The position numbers and the translations under genes were made by a program. The notes under the pieces are model-generated. The model did no database searches and was not told the DNA's origin. It saw only the letters and a list, made by a program, of their open reading frames with translations. 64,000 nt of DNA from positions 160,001-224,000 of the forward strand of contig OZ223497.1 in NCBI GenBank assembly GCA_965140785.1. The letters are read 5' to 3'. The stretch is from an uncultured Ruficoccus sp. (GTDB lineage Bacteria; Verrucomicrobiota; Verrucomicrobiia; Opitutales; Cerasicoccaceae). Of this stretch, positions 39,131 through 50,093 are shown piece by piece (within the stretch, counting starts at the first letter, position 1; each line of letters opens with the position of its first letter).

Positions 39131-39973
39131 GTGATGTTAAGACTGGGAGAATTTCATAAACTGATCATTGATAGGGATGTCGGACCTGGGCTGTTCCTGA
39201 GAAATGACGACGGCGACGAGGTCCTGTTACCCGGTAAGGACATGCCCAAGAGCTTTCAGCTCGGTGAGGTTATCGAGGTCTTTGTGTACCTGGACCATAA
39301 GGAACGTCCGGTGGCAACCACGCGTAAGCCGCTGATTGAGAAGGGTCGCTTCGCATACCTGGAATGCACATCGGCGACCGGGATCGGAGCTTTTGTTGAT
39401 TGGGGGCTGGATAAGGAGCTGTTGGTACCGTTTGCCAATCAGGACTCGGCTATGCGCAAAGGCCACTCATACATCGTCTACATGGGGCTGGATGAAATTA
39501 CCGGCCGCCTGGTCGGGTATACGAAGCTGAACCGCTTCCTCAAGTGCGAGAAGCCCGACATCAAGCGCTTTGAGCAGGTTGATCTGCTCGTCTCCCACTT
39601 TACAGACATCGGCGCCAACGTGATCGTTAACGACCGACACCGCGGGATGATTTTCAATGACTCGATTTTTGAGAAAATCCATGTCGGAAGCCGGATGAAC
39701 GGCTATGTGAAAAATGTGCGTCCAGACGGTAAGCTCGACATCGTGCTCCAGCCGGAGGGGGAGCGCGGGGTGGCCGACTCGACGGCGTTGGTCTACGCGG
39801 CGATTGAGAAAAACGGCGGTGTCCTTCCGCTCCACGATAAAAGCTCGGCCGAGGACATTTACGCCGCGCTAGGAATCAGTAAGAAGGTGTTCAAGCGCGC
39901 CGTCGGCGCTCTCTACAAGGAGCGCCGCATCGAGCTGAATAAAGACAGCATTTCGGTCCCGAGAGTTGACTGA
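39131..39973 (+). CDS. cvfB: S1 RNA-binding domain protein, CvfB/YitL family
   Basis: EVLLP, GAFVDWGLDKELLVP, VRPDGKLD, SKKVFKRAVGALYKER (C-terminal winged helix). Confidence 0.85.
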   Translation: MMLRLGEFHKLIIDRDVGPGLFLRNDDGDEVLLPGKDMPKSFQLGEVIEVFVYLDHKERPVATTRKPLIEKGRFAYLECTSATGIGAFVDWGLDKELLVPFANQDSAMRKGHSYIVYMGLDEITGRLVGYTKLNRFLKCEKPDIKRFEQVDLLVSHFTDIGANVIVNDRHRGMIFNDSIFEKIHVGSRMNGYVKNVRPDGKLDIVLQPEGERGVADSTALVYAAIEKNGGVLPLHDKSSAEDIYAALGISKKVFKRAVGALYKERRIELNKDSISVPRVD

Positions 39974-40444
39974 ACTCTGCCCGGCGGTGGGCGGGGGAGG
40001 TTGACGTGCCCTTGCCAATTGCCGGGAAATGCATTCCTTTGCACGCTTAGTTCATGATGGGAAAGCTTTTGCCGAAACGCCTCGGGCCAATCGCTTTGGA
40101 GTTCAGCCCGGCAAGTCCCGGGAAATTCTAAGCAACAAGAGCTCCAAGGCGGCTCCGCCGTCTCGGCTCCCGGTACCGGTTCAGACGCAGGAAACCACCT
40201 CACCGCCTCAGTCGGAAATCGTTGCCGCCGTCGTCCCTCACTGCCCGTAGTCAGAGCCTGCCTTGCGCAGGCTCTTTGTGTATCCGTATATGAATACGCG
40301 GAAGGAGTGTCCTGTGGCATTTGCATGTATGCCAGTAGGCAATGGAGGGGTAGCGGCCTTGCTGGCCGCGTACCCGCGTGTACTCGTCGATGAGATTAAA
40401 CACGTGCAGCTTGCCACCACCTTCGCGGCGGCGCGGCGCTGGCG

Positions 40445-40665
40445 ATCCGCGCTCAGACCGCCATACTGCTTCTTCCAGCGGTGGTACGTCGGCGAACTGA
40501 CGCCGTACTCGAGGCAGATGTCATCTACACGCATGCCTTCGCTCGCGCGAAGAATGCGAATGATCTCTTCGGTCTTCGTTCGTCCTTTTTTATCTGATTT
40601 TGCGGTCATTTCTGATCGAAAAATCTATCAACAGCAATGGGCCAGTGTTAGGGGGGGGGCTGCCA
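40445..40665 (-). mobile_element. IS3-family remnant: left end and OrfA N-terminus
   Basis: Minus-strand end TGGCAGCCCC..AACACTGGCCCA, then EEIIRILRASEG..ICLEYGVSSPTYHRWKKQYGGL, truncated. Confidence 0.75.
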
Positions 40666-40679
40666 GGTTCTCTTTTTCG

Positions 40680-40792
40680 ATGAGGTGGTTTAAAGAGCAC
40701 GTACGGGCAGATGTAGCTGCGCGAGGTAAAACGCCTGAAGGAGCTTGAACGCGAGAACTCCGAGCTGAAGAAGCTGCTGGCCGACCGCATGG
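40680..40792 (+). mobile_element. IS3-family OrfA C-terminal fragment (opposite orientation)
   Basis: KSTYGQM*LREVKRLKELERENSELKKLLADRM leucine-zipper segment. Confidence 0.7.
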
Positions 40793-40860
40793 ACAACGGA
40801 GTGAGCGTTTGGGATGATTTACTCTTGGCTAAACAGACCGCTGGAGTTTTAATCGGTGGA

Positions 40861-42392
40861 ATGAAAACCATCTTTGTGCTGTTTGATTCCCTTAATCGGC
40901 ATACGCTGCCTCCGTATGGAAGCACGGTTATCGCCCCCAACTTCGAGCGGCTTGCGCAGCGCACGGTCACGTTTGATAACGCTTATGTGTGCAGCATGCC
41001 CTGCATGCCGGCCCGGCGGGATATGCACACCGGGCGTCCGAATTTCCTGCATCGCTCCTGGGGGCCGTTGGAGCCGTTCGATGACTCCATGCCGGCGATG
41101 CTCAAGGAAGCCGGCGTCTACACGCACCTGATCAGCGATCACTTCCACTACTGGGAGGAGGGAGGTGCTAATTATCATACGAAGTATAACTCCTGGGAGT
41201 GCATCCGCGGACAACAGGGCGATCCCTGGATCGCCCAGGTTCGCGACCCCGAGCCTATTGACGGCCCGGCCCTGCGTGAGGAGGCCTTAACTCTGCCAGG
41301 GGGCTCGGTGCGCCAGGATACCGTCAACCGCCAGGTCATGCGCGAGCCCGAGCAGTGGCCCATGTCTCAAGTGTTTTCACAGGCCGAAAAATTCCTCGAA
41401 CGCAATCACGGCGAAGACAACTGGTTCTTGCAGATCGAGGCTTTCGATCCGCACGAGCCGTTTTTCGTCCCCGCCGCTACCGGGAACTTTATCCCGAACA
41501 TTTCAACCAATACAACGGCCGTGATCTGGACTGGCCACCCTATCGCCGGGTCGAGGATTCCCCGGAGGAAGTCGAACACATCCGCCATACCTACGCCGCG
41601 CTGGTGTCGATGTGCGATGAAAAGCTGGGCAATCTGCTGGACAGGATGGACCGCTACCAGATGTGGGACGATACCCAACTGATCGTGGCCACGGATCACG
41701 GTTTTCTTCTGGGGGAGCATGATTGCTGGGCCAAGAATTGGATGCCATTTTATAACGAGATTGCCCACACGCCGTTTTTCATATGGGACCCGCGCAGTCG
41801 CATCCATAATGAACGCCGTGAAGCGCTGGTGCAACCGGCCATCGATATTGCGCCGACGGTTTTAAAGTCTTTCGGCCTCGATCCGACCGAGCGTATGACC
41901 GGCTGTGATCTGGCCGACACGGTCGCCGATGACACGCCGGTGCGCGAGACCGCGGTCTTTGGCCTGTTCGGCGCTCACGTCAATATCACGGATGGGCGCT
42001 ACGTGTACATGCGCGGCAACCCCGGCGGCCAGTCCAACCAGCCGCTTTTCGACTACACGCTCATGCCTGCTCATATGCGGACGCCGTTCCCTCACTGGAA
42101 ATTTGAGGCGCCGCTGGAGTCGGCCACCTTCGACTTTACCCAGGGTTGCCACGTCATGAAGCTGCGCACGCCGATGAGTGCGGACAAACGATTCGAGACA
42201 CAGCTTTACGACCTGAAAATCGATCCCGTGCAAGGGCAGCCGATCCGCAACGAAGCCGTTGAATCCCGTCTGCAGGCTGCGCTCAGCGAACATCTCGAGG
42301 AACTGGACGCGCCCGCCGAGCAGTGGGAGCGACTCGGTTTATCCCATTCCGTTCAGGCAGGCAGCACTTCAATGCCGAAGATCAACGCTTGA
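40861..42392 (+). CDS. Sulfatase, split by a 1-nt frameshift near 41470
   Basis: CMPARR signature and FDPHEPF in the first frame; ATDHGFLLGEH in the second. Adding one C in the run at 41469-41472 fuses them. Confidence 0.85.
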
Positions 42393-45300
42393 TTGGCGCT
42401 GACCTGCGGGAAGTGGAGGGTGAGGACCTCGCTCTTGATCGTGACGGTATAGCTGCGGCAAAGTGCGTGGTGCGAACCTCCGCTTTCGCTCCAGACATCG
42501 AGCTTGGACTCGACGGTCTCGCCGTTGATCGCAACATCGAACAGCCGCCAGCCGCGGCAGTCGGCGGCTCCGCCCACGCCGAACCAGGGCTCGGCGAAAT
42601 GGCAAACGATCCGGTAGCGTCCCGGCCCGGTGCGGAAGTGATACTTGAGCTGCTCGCGACCGTATCGGTAATCTCGATACATCCCTTGAAGTCCACTCCC
42701 GCGCACCGGTGTCATCGTTTCGCCCCGGCTGGCCAGATCGTCCGGTATGTTGTCAAAGTGACAGCCCCAGCTTTCCCAGCCCCAGTAGGCTTGCTCCCAT
42801 GGTTTGTCGGCTGCCCAGACCAGTCCGCGGGGATCCTGATAATCCACCTGCGCGCCACAGTTGACGCGAAACAGGGCCTGTCCCGTCGTTGGCTCAATGT
42901 CTTTGGGATGACCGATCCAATCATTGACGGTGCCGTCTTCGGGCAGGTGATCGAGCACGATCAGGTCCTCGGCCACGACGCGGCCCGCCTCGCGGGCTAC
43001 GGCGTGCAGAATGTTCGTTGCGGGTTCCACATTCTGCCATTCGAAGTGACACCCTCTGCCGGGATTTTTGCGTACGCCGAGTGAGCGCTTGCCCACGCCG
43101 TTGTAGAGCTCCACCTCCTCGCAGTTACTGTACACAATCGACACTGCGTGGTGCGGGTATTTTCCAGCGGTCCGGCCAGGTATGGGAGACTATGTAAACC
43201 ATCGGATCGGTGGCCGGGTCAGTATAATTGGAACGAAACAGGTAGTACAGATCGCTCGGCTGATGCCAGGCGGTGAGAAGACCTTTGTTATTGATCGGTC
43301 CGATCTGGCCGTTGCCCGGCCCTTCGTAGTTCTCCGCCGTGCGGCCCGGATTCGGGAAGCTGTTGAATACCCAGTGAAAGTGCCCGACGGCTTGGTCGCG
43401 CGTTTGCTCGGCCAGACGGATCTTGGTCTCCATCGCATAGCAGGCCCAGCTTTCCGAGCGGTCGTTTTCATTGCCGATGTAGGGAATCTCCGTGTGGACG
43501 CCGAAGGCCCGCCAGGCCCCGTACTCGCCGACGAGTTGGCGGCTGGGCAAGTCGTAGTCGTGGCAACTGCCGCCGTACGTGCCGCTCCATTCCTGAGGCA
43601 CATTCCAGTCGGTTCCTTTGCCCCCGTTGCACGTCGTGGTGAGGCGCCACGCCGGGCTGGTCGGGTCCAGTTCACGGATGAGGTCGCGCATTTCGCGGGC
43701 GAAGTCCTCGGGGATGGCGGACTCATTTTGGAGGCCCCAGAGGATAATGCACGGATGGTTGCGACGCTCCTTCACCCACTCGGTGACGATGCGTCGGTGG
43801 TTGGCCCGGAAGCGGTCATTGTCGGCCCACATGTGCGAACCGATCTGCGTCCAGCAGACAATCCCCGCCCGGTCCCAGTGGTCGTAATAGCGGAGGTTGT
43901 GAGGGTGATGGGCATCACGAAAAGCGTTGAACCCGGCCGCCTTCATCATGGCGACATCGGCGTCGATCTGCGCATCGCTAAAGGCATGGTCGCAGCCGAG
44001 CAGGTTTTCGTATTCGCAGGTGCCGTTGAGGAAGAGGGGCTCGCCGTTGAGCTTGAGCACGCGTGGTTCGTCCTCAGTGAGGGCCTCGGCTTCAGCAGCG
44101 GGCAAAGGCTCATAGGTCGGGCGAGCGAGGTTGAGTGGTTTGCTCAGGTCCCAGTTCGGCCCGCGGATGCCGAAGCAGGTCTCGCTGCGCTCCCCACAAG
44201 ACGCCCTCGGGCGAACGCAGCTCAATGATCAGGCGATGCAGGTAGGGATCGATCTCGCGCCAGCGATGCGGATGCAAAATCGCCGGGACGTCCCACTTCA
44301 ACTCATGCCGCCCGGCCTCCAGTTTCAGGTGTTGCTGCCACTGGTGGAAAAAAATTGTGCCGCCGTCGTTCTGGACTTCGCAGAAGAGTTCGGCCTGTCC
44401 GGCTTTGAACGTGTCTATCGTGATCGAAGCCAGCAGCAGGGCACGGTCTTCAGCACTGGTATCGGGGCGTTGCTCGATCACGACACCCATGGGGGCCAGC
44501 CGGGCGGGTGATTCCTCCGCATGCTCCAGGATGTTTGTCAGGCCATTGTTGGATGCGGTGCGTTCCTCCAGCCCGGTTGAAATGATCTCCCCATGCCGTG
44601 AACTGCAAAAGGTGTTATGGTCGGCATCGGGTTCCAGGATCGTCGGCCACTCCAGCCAGCGCAGGCCGAATGTTGTTTCGGTCTGGTGGCTAAGTTTTCC
44701 GTCTACGTAAACTTCCGTTTGTGACAGATGCAGGGCAGGGGACGCCGGGCACCACAACTCGGGGTCGGCGATCGGCTCAAAGGTAAAATCAACCACCGCC
44801 TGCTCTCCCTCGACCCACAGGCTCCGCTCGTCCTGCCGCAGGCATGAGCCCGCCGGAGAATATATCCGTTGGTTAACACGGATCTCCCGCGCCTGCCCGT
44901 CGGGGTTGAGGACGGTCACGCGGCTGGCCACCGTGGCGCTCGCCTTGGAAACCTCCGGTGTCAGCATGTGCACCCCGAACGGCTCGATGCGCACCGGCCC
45001 GCAATACTCCAGCCAGGCCGGGCGGCTCATGCCGAAGGGCTGCGTGCCCTCGGTATTGGGCGCGCCCCAGCAGCCGCCACAGACAAAGGGGAGGTCGTCG
45101 ATCCCCTCTGGATGGTGAGCCCGTACCGCCAGGAGATTCTCTCCGGCTTGGAGGGCCGGCGTCAGGTCAACCGTGAACGTCGTCCTCCCCCCGGCATGGG
45201 AGCCGCAGTGCCGACCGTTTGCATAGACGTCTGCATAGCTGCCCACGCCTTCAAAAAAAGCATACACCCGCTCCTGTGAATCGCGTGGTTCCCAGATAAA

Positions 45301-45555
45301 ACTTGTCTGATACCAGGCCGTGCCATGCTGGTTGCCGTGGGAATCCACCCGATAGCCGTGATAGTCGTCCCAATTGTGCGGGACGCGTACCGCCTTCCAG
45401 CCCTGGCCGTTTGCCCTTTCGCTCGCATAGCTCGCCTTGTCTCCCAAAATGGAGTACCAGTGTGCCAGCTGCTGCCTGGGCTTGCCGAAGGGCGCAGGGG
45501 TGGGGGCTGTTGCATGTCCCCGGGGCAGTGTTTCCGATTCAAAACATGTATTCAC
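42353..45555 (-). CDS. GH2 glycoside hydrolase with C-terminal malectin-like domain, split by two 1-nt frameshifts
   Basis: VPHNWD, FEGVGS, FRDAHHP, WGLQNES acid/base, GEYGAW nucleophile, YSNCEEVEL, HFAEPW..RLFDVAING; shifts at about 44192 and 43139. Confidence 0.85.
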
Positions 45556-45594
45556 ATACTAGCAGTGGCGGTATGATGCCCAATAGCGCCTTTG

Positions 45595-45608
45595 CTCATC
45601 ACGATGAG
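45595..45608. promoter_or_regulatory. Putative LacI operator B, site 1 (CTCATCACGATGAG)
   Basis: CTCATC-N2-GATGAG palindrome about 40 nt upstream of GH2. Confidence 0.72.
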
Positions 45609-45700
45609 TTTGGTTTTCAAGGAGTACCCGTGTCCTTGGGCATACTCCAGGGCCTGATTATTCTCCAGGCGCGGAGGGCTCCGACCTGACTATGGACGGG

Positions 45701-46618
45701 TTAGCAGGGTTGTTTGTGTTTCTTACTCCGCACCAGACGCATCGAAAGGAGTCCGGCGGCAGCCAGGCCGAGCAGGAGGGAAACGCTTGAGGATTCGGGG
45801 ATTGAGGACTGGCGGATACTTTCGATTTCCGGAGCAGAGAGAGCACCCGAGGAGCCGCTGGTGCTGCCGTAAATCTGGATATCGCTCAGGGTGGTATCGA
45901 TGATCGCTCGATTGTTGGCGGATGTCCCTGCGTTGTAGGAGTTACCCAGCACAATCGTACTTGAATCGTCCATGGCCAGACCACTTGTATTGCCTACGCT
46001 GCCGGATGCATTGCCGAGCAAGCTGGCGGCATCCGTTTCGGTTCCGAAGTAAAACTTTACAGCATCGTTAAAAGAAGCCTGGGTCGAATCGATAGCCATG
46101 GCAAAAAAGACCCAACCTTGATTGAGCATGGTGTAAGTTCCGCTATCTTTACGGGCCGTAGTGCTTTCGACTGTGTTTTGAATTCTGAGGTAGTCGTCAT
46201 TCAGGTATATTTGCATAACCGCGCTCCCGTCGCCACTGGCGATAGATAGAAGACGCCCTCCCGCCTGTGCAGAGCTCATATTGATCCAGCCCGTGACCGT
46301 ATAGGATGTGAGTCCGTCAAATGTCGTACCCGTTGAGGTGTTACTCGCACGCTGGTTATAGTTGCTCTGGATAGCGCTATCGTACAGCGCGATACCGGTC
46401 CCGCCAACACCGGCACCATCGGCGGTCCATTTCAGGCCCACTGAAGTCAGATTTACGCCGTTGGCGCTGGAGTCGTTGATCGTCGTTGCTTCGGTTCCAG
46501 CTGGACCGTCATTCAGTTGATAATGGGCAAGTAATGTCTGCGCGTGAACCGCCCCTGCGCTGAGTGAAAAAGACGCGAGGGCAGTGATGATGAGTTGGGT
46601 AATAGGCATACGTTTCAT
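45701..46618 (-). CDS. PEP-CTERM protein with LamG-like domain
   Basis: Signal peptide, TVTGWI..GWVFFAM..SDIQIY, IPES + TM + basic tail; likely ATG 46618. Confidence 0.85.
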   Translation of the reverse strand: MKRMPITQLIITALASFSLSAGAVHAQTLLAHYQLNDGPAGTEATTINDSSANGVNLTSVGLKWTADGAGVGGTGIALYDSAIQSNYNQRASNTSTGTTFDGLTSYTVTGWINMSSAQAGGRLLSIASGDGSAVMQIYLNDDYLRIQNTVESTTARKDSGTYTMLNQGWVFFAMAIDSTQASFNDAVKFYFGTETDAASLLGNASGSVGNTSGLAMDDSSTIVLGNSYNAGTSANNRAIIDTTLSDIQIYGSTSGSSGALSAPEIESIRQSSIPESSSVSLLLGLAAAGLLSMRLVRSKKHKQPC

Positions 46619-46667
46619 AAGGCAACCATTGTTATCGCCTGTGCTGGAAAGGGCGAAATATAGTTTA

Positions 46668-46681
46668 CTCATCAAGATAAG
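46668..46681. promoter_or_regulatory. Putative LacI operator B, site 2 (CTCATCAAGATAAG)
   Basis: Lies in the divergent region between the PEP-CTERM gene and LacI. Confidence 0.7.
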
Positions 46682-46717
46682 CGCATAGCTTCATTGGATA
46701 CTTAATTCTTCAGTTCT

Positions 46718-47788
46718 ATGGCTAACCAACGAACGATAGCGAAAATGGCCGGGGTCAATCAGGCGACGGTTTCCTTGGCTCTGCGCAATGATCCCTCCAT
46801 CCCCCCGAAAACACGGGAGCGCATCCGGCGGATCGCGGAAGAGATCGGCTACAAGCCGAACACATATGTGTCCTCCCTCATGTCCCAGATCCGCTCGGGG
46901 CGGCCGCCTCAGGACAAAGGCTGCATCGCCATTCTCGTCGGGGCGCATAAGCCCGTGTCAGGCTCTGCGGACAAATGGCCGGGCAAGGTGGTTTACCAGT
47001 TGCAATACCGGGGGATGACGCAACGCGCCGAAGAGCTGGGGTTCAAAACGGAGTTCTTCTTCCTCATGGATACGGACATGAGCATGAAGCGGGTGAACGA
47101 TATTCTGTGCGCGCGCGGGATCACGGGGGTGGTGTTGGGAGCGCCGAATGTTAACGAGGCCGACCCCACGCAACTGTCGTTGGATTCGCTGGCGATTGCC
47201 ACCATTGCCTATACCTGGAAGGGGATTGACCTGGACCGGGTCACTTCCCACCACCGTCATAACGTGCAAATGGCTTATGCGCAGTTACGCGAACGCGGCT
47301 TTAAGCGCATCGGCATGTGCCTGCCAACGGAAGCCGCCACGGGCGTCGATACGAACTGGCGGGCCGGCTACCTGATCGAGCGGGAGAACACACCTGCGCG
47401 GCACCGCATCCCGCTCTTTGTCGGCAGGCCCGATCAAACCCCGCGGGCCAAGTTTACGGCCTGGCTCCAGAAATGGAAGCCCGAGGCGATCGTCACCCTC
47501 TTGGGGCATGAAAAGCGCTGGCTGGACGAACTGAAGATTCCCATCCCCGAGGAGCTTTCTGTGGTTTGCATCAACCGGCTCCCCAGCAGTGAGTTTTCCG
47601 GTACCCAAGAGAATCACGAGATGATCGGCGCCGCCGCGATCGACCTGGTGGCGACCCGATTGATTCACAACGAGTACGGCCTGCCGAAATTTCCCAAGCT
47701 GATTCTCTTTGAAGGCACCTGGGTGGAGGGCAAAACGATAGGAAAGCCTCCACGCCGTCGAAAGCAATGGCCGGAGACCCCGCAGTAG
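46718..47788 (+). CDS. LacI-family transcriptional regulator
   Basis: IAKMAGVNQATVSLALR HTH, IGYKPN, GFKRIG. Confidence 0.92.
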   Translation: MANQRTIAKMAGVNQATVSLALRNDPSIPPKTRERIRRIAEEIGYKPNTYVSSLMSQIRSGRPPQDKGCIAILVGAHKPVSGSADKWPGKVVYQLQYRGMTQRAEELGFKTEFFFLMDTDMSMKRVNDILCARGITGVVLGAPNVNEADPTQLSLDSLAIATIAYTWKGIDLDRVTSHHRHNVQMAYAQLRERGFKRIGMCLPTEAATGVDTNWRAGYLIERENTPARHRIPLFVGRPDQTPRAKFTAWLQKWKPEAIVTLLGHEKRWLDELKIPIPEELSVVCINRLPSSEFSGTQENHEMIGAAAIDLVATRLIHNEYGLPKFPKLILFEGTWVEGKTIGKPPRRRKQWPETPQ

Positions 47789-47851
47789 GGGGCAATCGCT
47801 GGCGCATCCTCCGGACGACGTGGAGTTTTCCCAGTGTCAGGCGTGCGTGCT

Positions 47852-50053
47852 TTAAGGCTGAGAGGCAAGCACACCCGAATGGTAAAGCAGGTTTTGGTAC
47901 TCGATCTCGTCGAGCACGACGTGGTTGCCCATGCCGTCGATCACGGGCTTGCCGTCGCGCATCAGTTCGAACTCAGGCGTGAAGGTTTCGCCCTCGGGCA
48001 GCGGGACCTTGAACGACACGATGCCCGCTTCGGCTTGCTTGCGGTGGACTTCGCCGCCCACACGGATGATGAGTTCTCCAGGCTCCTTGAGAAAGGCGAG
48101 CAGCGCGATCTGGTTCAGCGAACCCATCTCCGGGCCACCGTACTGCTGCACCAGTTTCCATTTGCTGCCATACTTCGGCTCCAACTCCGTGTGGTGGATG
48201 CGATAGCTGTAGTAGAGGACGTCGCGGATGATCTCCGGCTGCTGGCCTGTCTTGAACCACTGGATGTAGTAGGTGTTGATGTCGTGCAGGGCGTAGCCGA
48301 CACGCGTCGAAGGTGCCATCGCCTGCTCGGAATAGTCCGACCAGGTGTTCAGGATGGCCCAGTCCGCGTTCCCTTCGATGGCAGCCTTCCAGGTGTCCAG
48401 CAGAGTGTCGAAGTTGGCCGACTCCCAGTAGATTTGTCCCCGTGTGCGTATGTCGTGCGAAGCGATGGGCGCGCACAGCGTCTGTGTGTACGGGCGTGCC
48501 TTGTCCAGCCAGCCGTATTTTCCGGGTGAGCGGGGTCCCCAGTGGGACAGCGCGTAGGAAAACTCTCCGAACTCCTCGACGGTGTCGGTCGAGTTCAGTT
48601 GGGAGAGGAATGCGGTGCGAATTCCGCGCTTTTCCAGGTCGGCCATTTCCTGCTTCCAAAACTCGGCCGGCCATTGCTCCGGACGCCACTTGCTGAAGAG
48701 CATGCGGCCATCCTCGGTACGATAGACACCGGGCATTTCATTCAAGCGGGTGAAAATCTCCGATTCGGAATATTTCTGCGCACTCTCCTTGCCCGGAAAA
48801 ATAGAAGGAATGACCTTGAAATGCGGATCCACCAGCGGCGCCGCTTCGATCAGGGCGAAGGAGATAGTGTTGAAGTGCTTCTGCCCGCCCCGGTTGGTGG
48901 GATAGGAGAAGATATCGGTAATGAAACCGTCCAGCCCCATGGTATCGGCGATGCGAATCTCCTCTTCGGCGGCGCGAACTTTTTCCTCGTGGAGGGTTAG
49001 CCCGGACTCCATCGGGGGGCGGGGCAGCGGGGTGTACATCAGCTTGGTTCCGGCATCCGTGCGGCGAGGGTCTACCGAGACGGACGGGTTGAGAGTTTTG
49101 AGGGCATAGTAGTTCAGGCCCGGGTCGTCCGAGCTCCAGCGCGAGCTGTAAATTTCATAAAAATAGGCGAACACCTTTTTCTCACTCTGCTGTAAAACCT
49201 CGAGCGGTGCCTGCTTGAAGGGGAGCCAGGCCGTGCGGTCGGCATCCACCTGTCCGGCCATGAGGATATTATCCACCGCCCAGGTTCCCCTGCGGTTATT
49301 TCCACCGGAACTGGTGAAGGAGAGCTTCACGGGTGTCTCAGCCGGGAGCAGTTTGACCACGCCGAGCTCGATGGGTTTGGGGTGCCTGGAGTCGTCAAAC
49401 AAAACGACATTGGCGATGCGGTCCTCGTCCACGGTCACGCCGATGCGGTACCAGTGCCCGGCTTTGAGCGGGCGGTGCAGCCAGGCCTGCTGGCCCTCGT
49501 CGGCCTCGACGATGACGCCGTTGTCATTGCGCAGGCGGATGGCGAGTCCGTCGCCCGCCGGGTCGGTCAGCTCGACGAAGAGGCCCGGTCCGTCCGTGTC
49601 CTCGGCTGTCTCGCCCAGGCGAAAGTCAAAGCCGAGATACACCTTGCCGGCCGGGGGTGGGGTGAAGGTAGTGCTGAAGCCGACGCCTTCGCCGGTTTCC
49701 TGACTTTCGTCGCGCAGCAGGAACCCTTTCCCCGTGACCTGGTTGTTGCGGAAGGCCGACTCCGCCGATTCCTCCAGGCTCACTTCTACACCCGGGGTAA
49801 AATCGTTCTCCATCACCCAGGGGTAGGGTGGGATGTCTCCGGCGGGGTACTCATCGAAGTGTTCCAGGGGGAGGTTTTCGGTCGTGCCCAGCTCCATCTT
49901 TTTTTCCGGCTGGGCGGTGGCCGCAGAGGACGCTTTTTCGTGAGCTGAACCGGCGGCAGGGGGTTGGCCGGATTCGGCGCATGCCACGAGCAGGGTACTG
50001 ATCAGCCCGCAGGCTGCAAATTGGCGAAGGGGGTGGAGGTGTTTTCTGAGCAT
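47852..50053 (-). CDS. Lipoprotein with beta-sandwich domain and GH71-like (alpha-1,3-glucanase-like) domain
   Basis: Lipobox LVAC, KKVFAYF, MGLDGF, TWSDYSE, YYIQWFKTG..P..DVLYYSYR; likely ATG 50053. Confidence 0.72.
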   Translation of the reverse strand: MLRKHLHPLRQFAACGLISTLLVACAESGQPPAAGSAHEKASSAATAQPEKKMELGTTENLPLEHFDEYPAGDIPPYPWVMENDFTPGVEVSLEESAESAFRNNQVTGKGFLLRDESQETGEGVGFSTTFTPPPAGKVYLGFDFRLGETAEDTDGPGLFVELTDPAGDGLAIRLRNDNGVIVEADEGQQAWLHRPLKAGHWYRIGVTVDEDRIANVVLFDDSRHPKPIELGVVKLLPAETPVKLSFTSSGGNNRRGTWAVDNILMAGQVDADRTAWLPFKQAPLEVLQQSEKKVFAYFYEIYSSRWSSDDPGLNYYALKTLNPSVSVDPRRTDAGTKLMYTPLPRPPMESGLTLHEEKVRAAEEEIRIADTMGLDGFITDIFSYPTNRGGQKHFNTISFALIEAAPLVDPHFKVIPSIFPGKESAQKYSESEIFTRLNEMPGVYRTEDGRMLFSKWRPEQWPAEFWKQEMADLEKRGIRTAFLSQLNSTDTVEEFGEFSYALSHWGPRSPGKYGWLDKARPYTQTLCAPIASHDIRTRGQIYWESANFDTLLDTWKAAIEGNADWAILNTWSDYSEQAMAPSTRVGYALHDINTYYIQWFKTGQQPEIIRDVLYYSYRIHHTELEPKYGSKWKLVQQYGGPEMGSLNQIALLAFLKEPGELIIRVGGEVHRKQAEAGIVSFKVPLPEGETFTPEFELMRDGKPVIDGMGNHVVLDEIEYQNLLYHSGVLASQP

Positions 50054-50093
50054 AAGGTCTATGGTGGGCGTTATCGGTTCAAGGGGGCGGAGA

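Noticed and set aside
40340..40430. YPRVLVDE resembling a UvrD-type Walker B motif
   Set aside because: Too short, with no Walker A or other helicase motifs; may be chance.
44704..44712. Partial operator A matches (TACGTAAAC here; ACGTAAAC near 30659)
   Set aside because: Incomplete palindromes; this one is inside coding sequence and both are far from the cognate locus.
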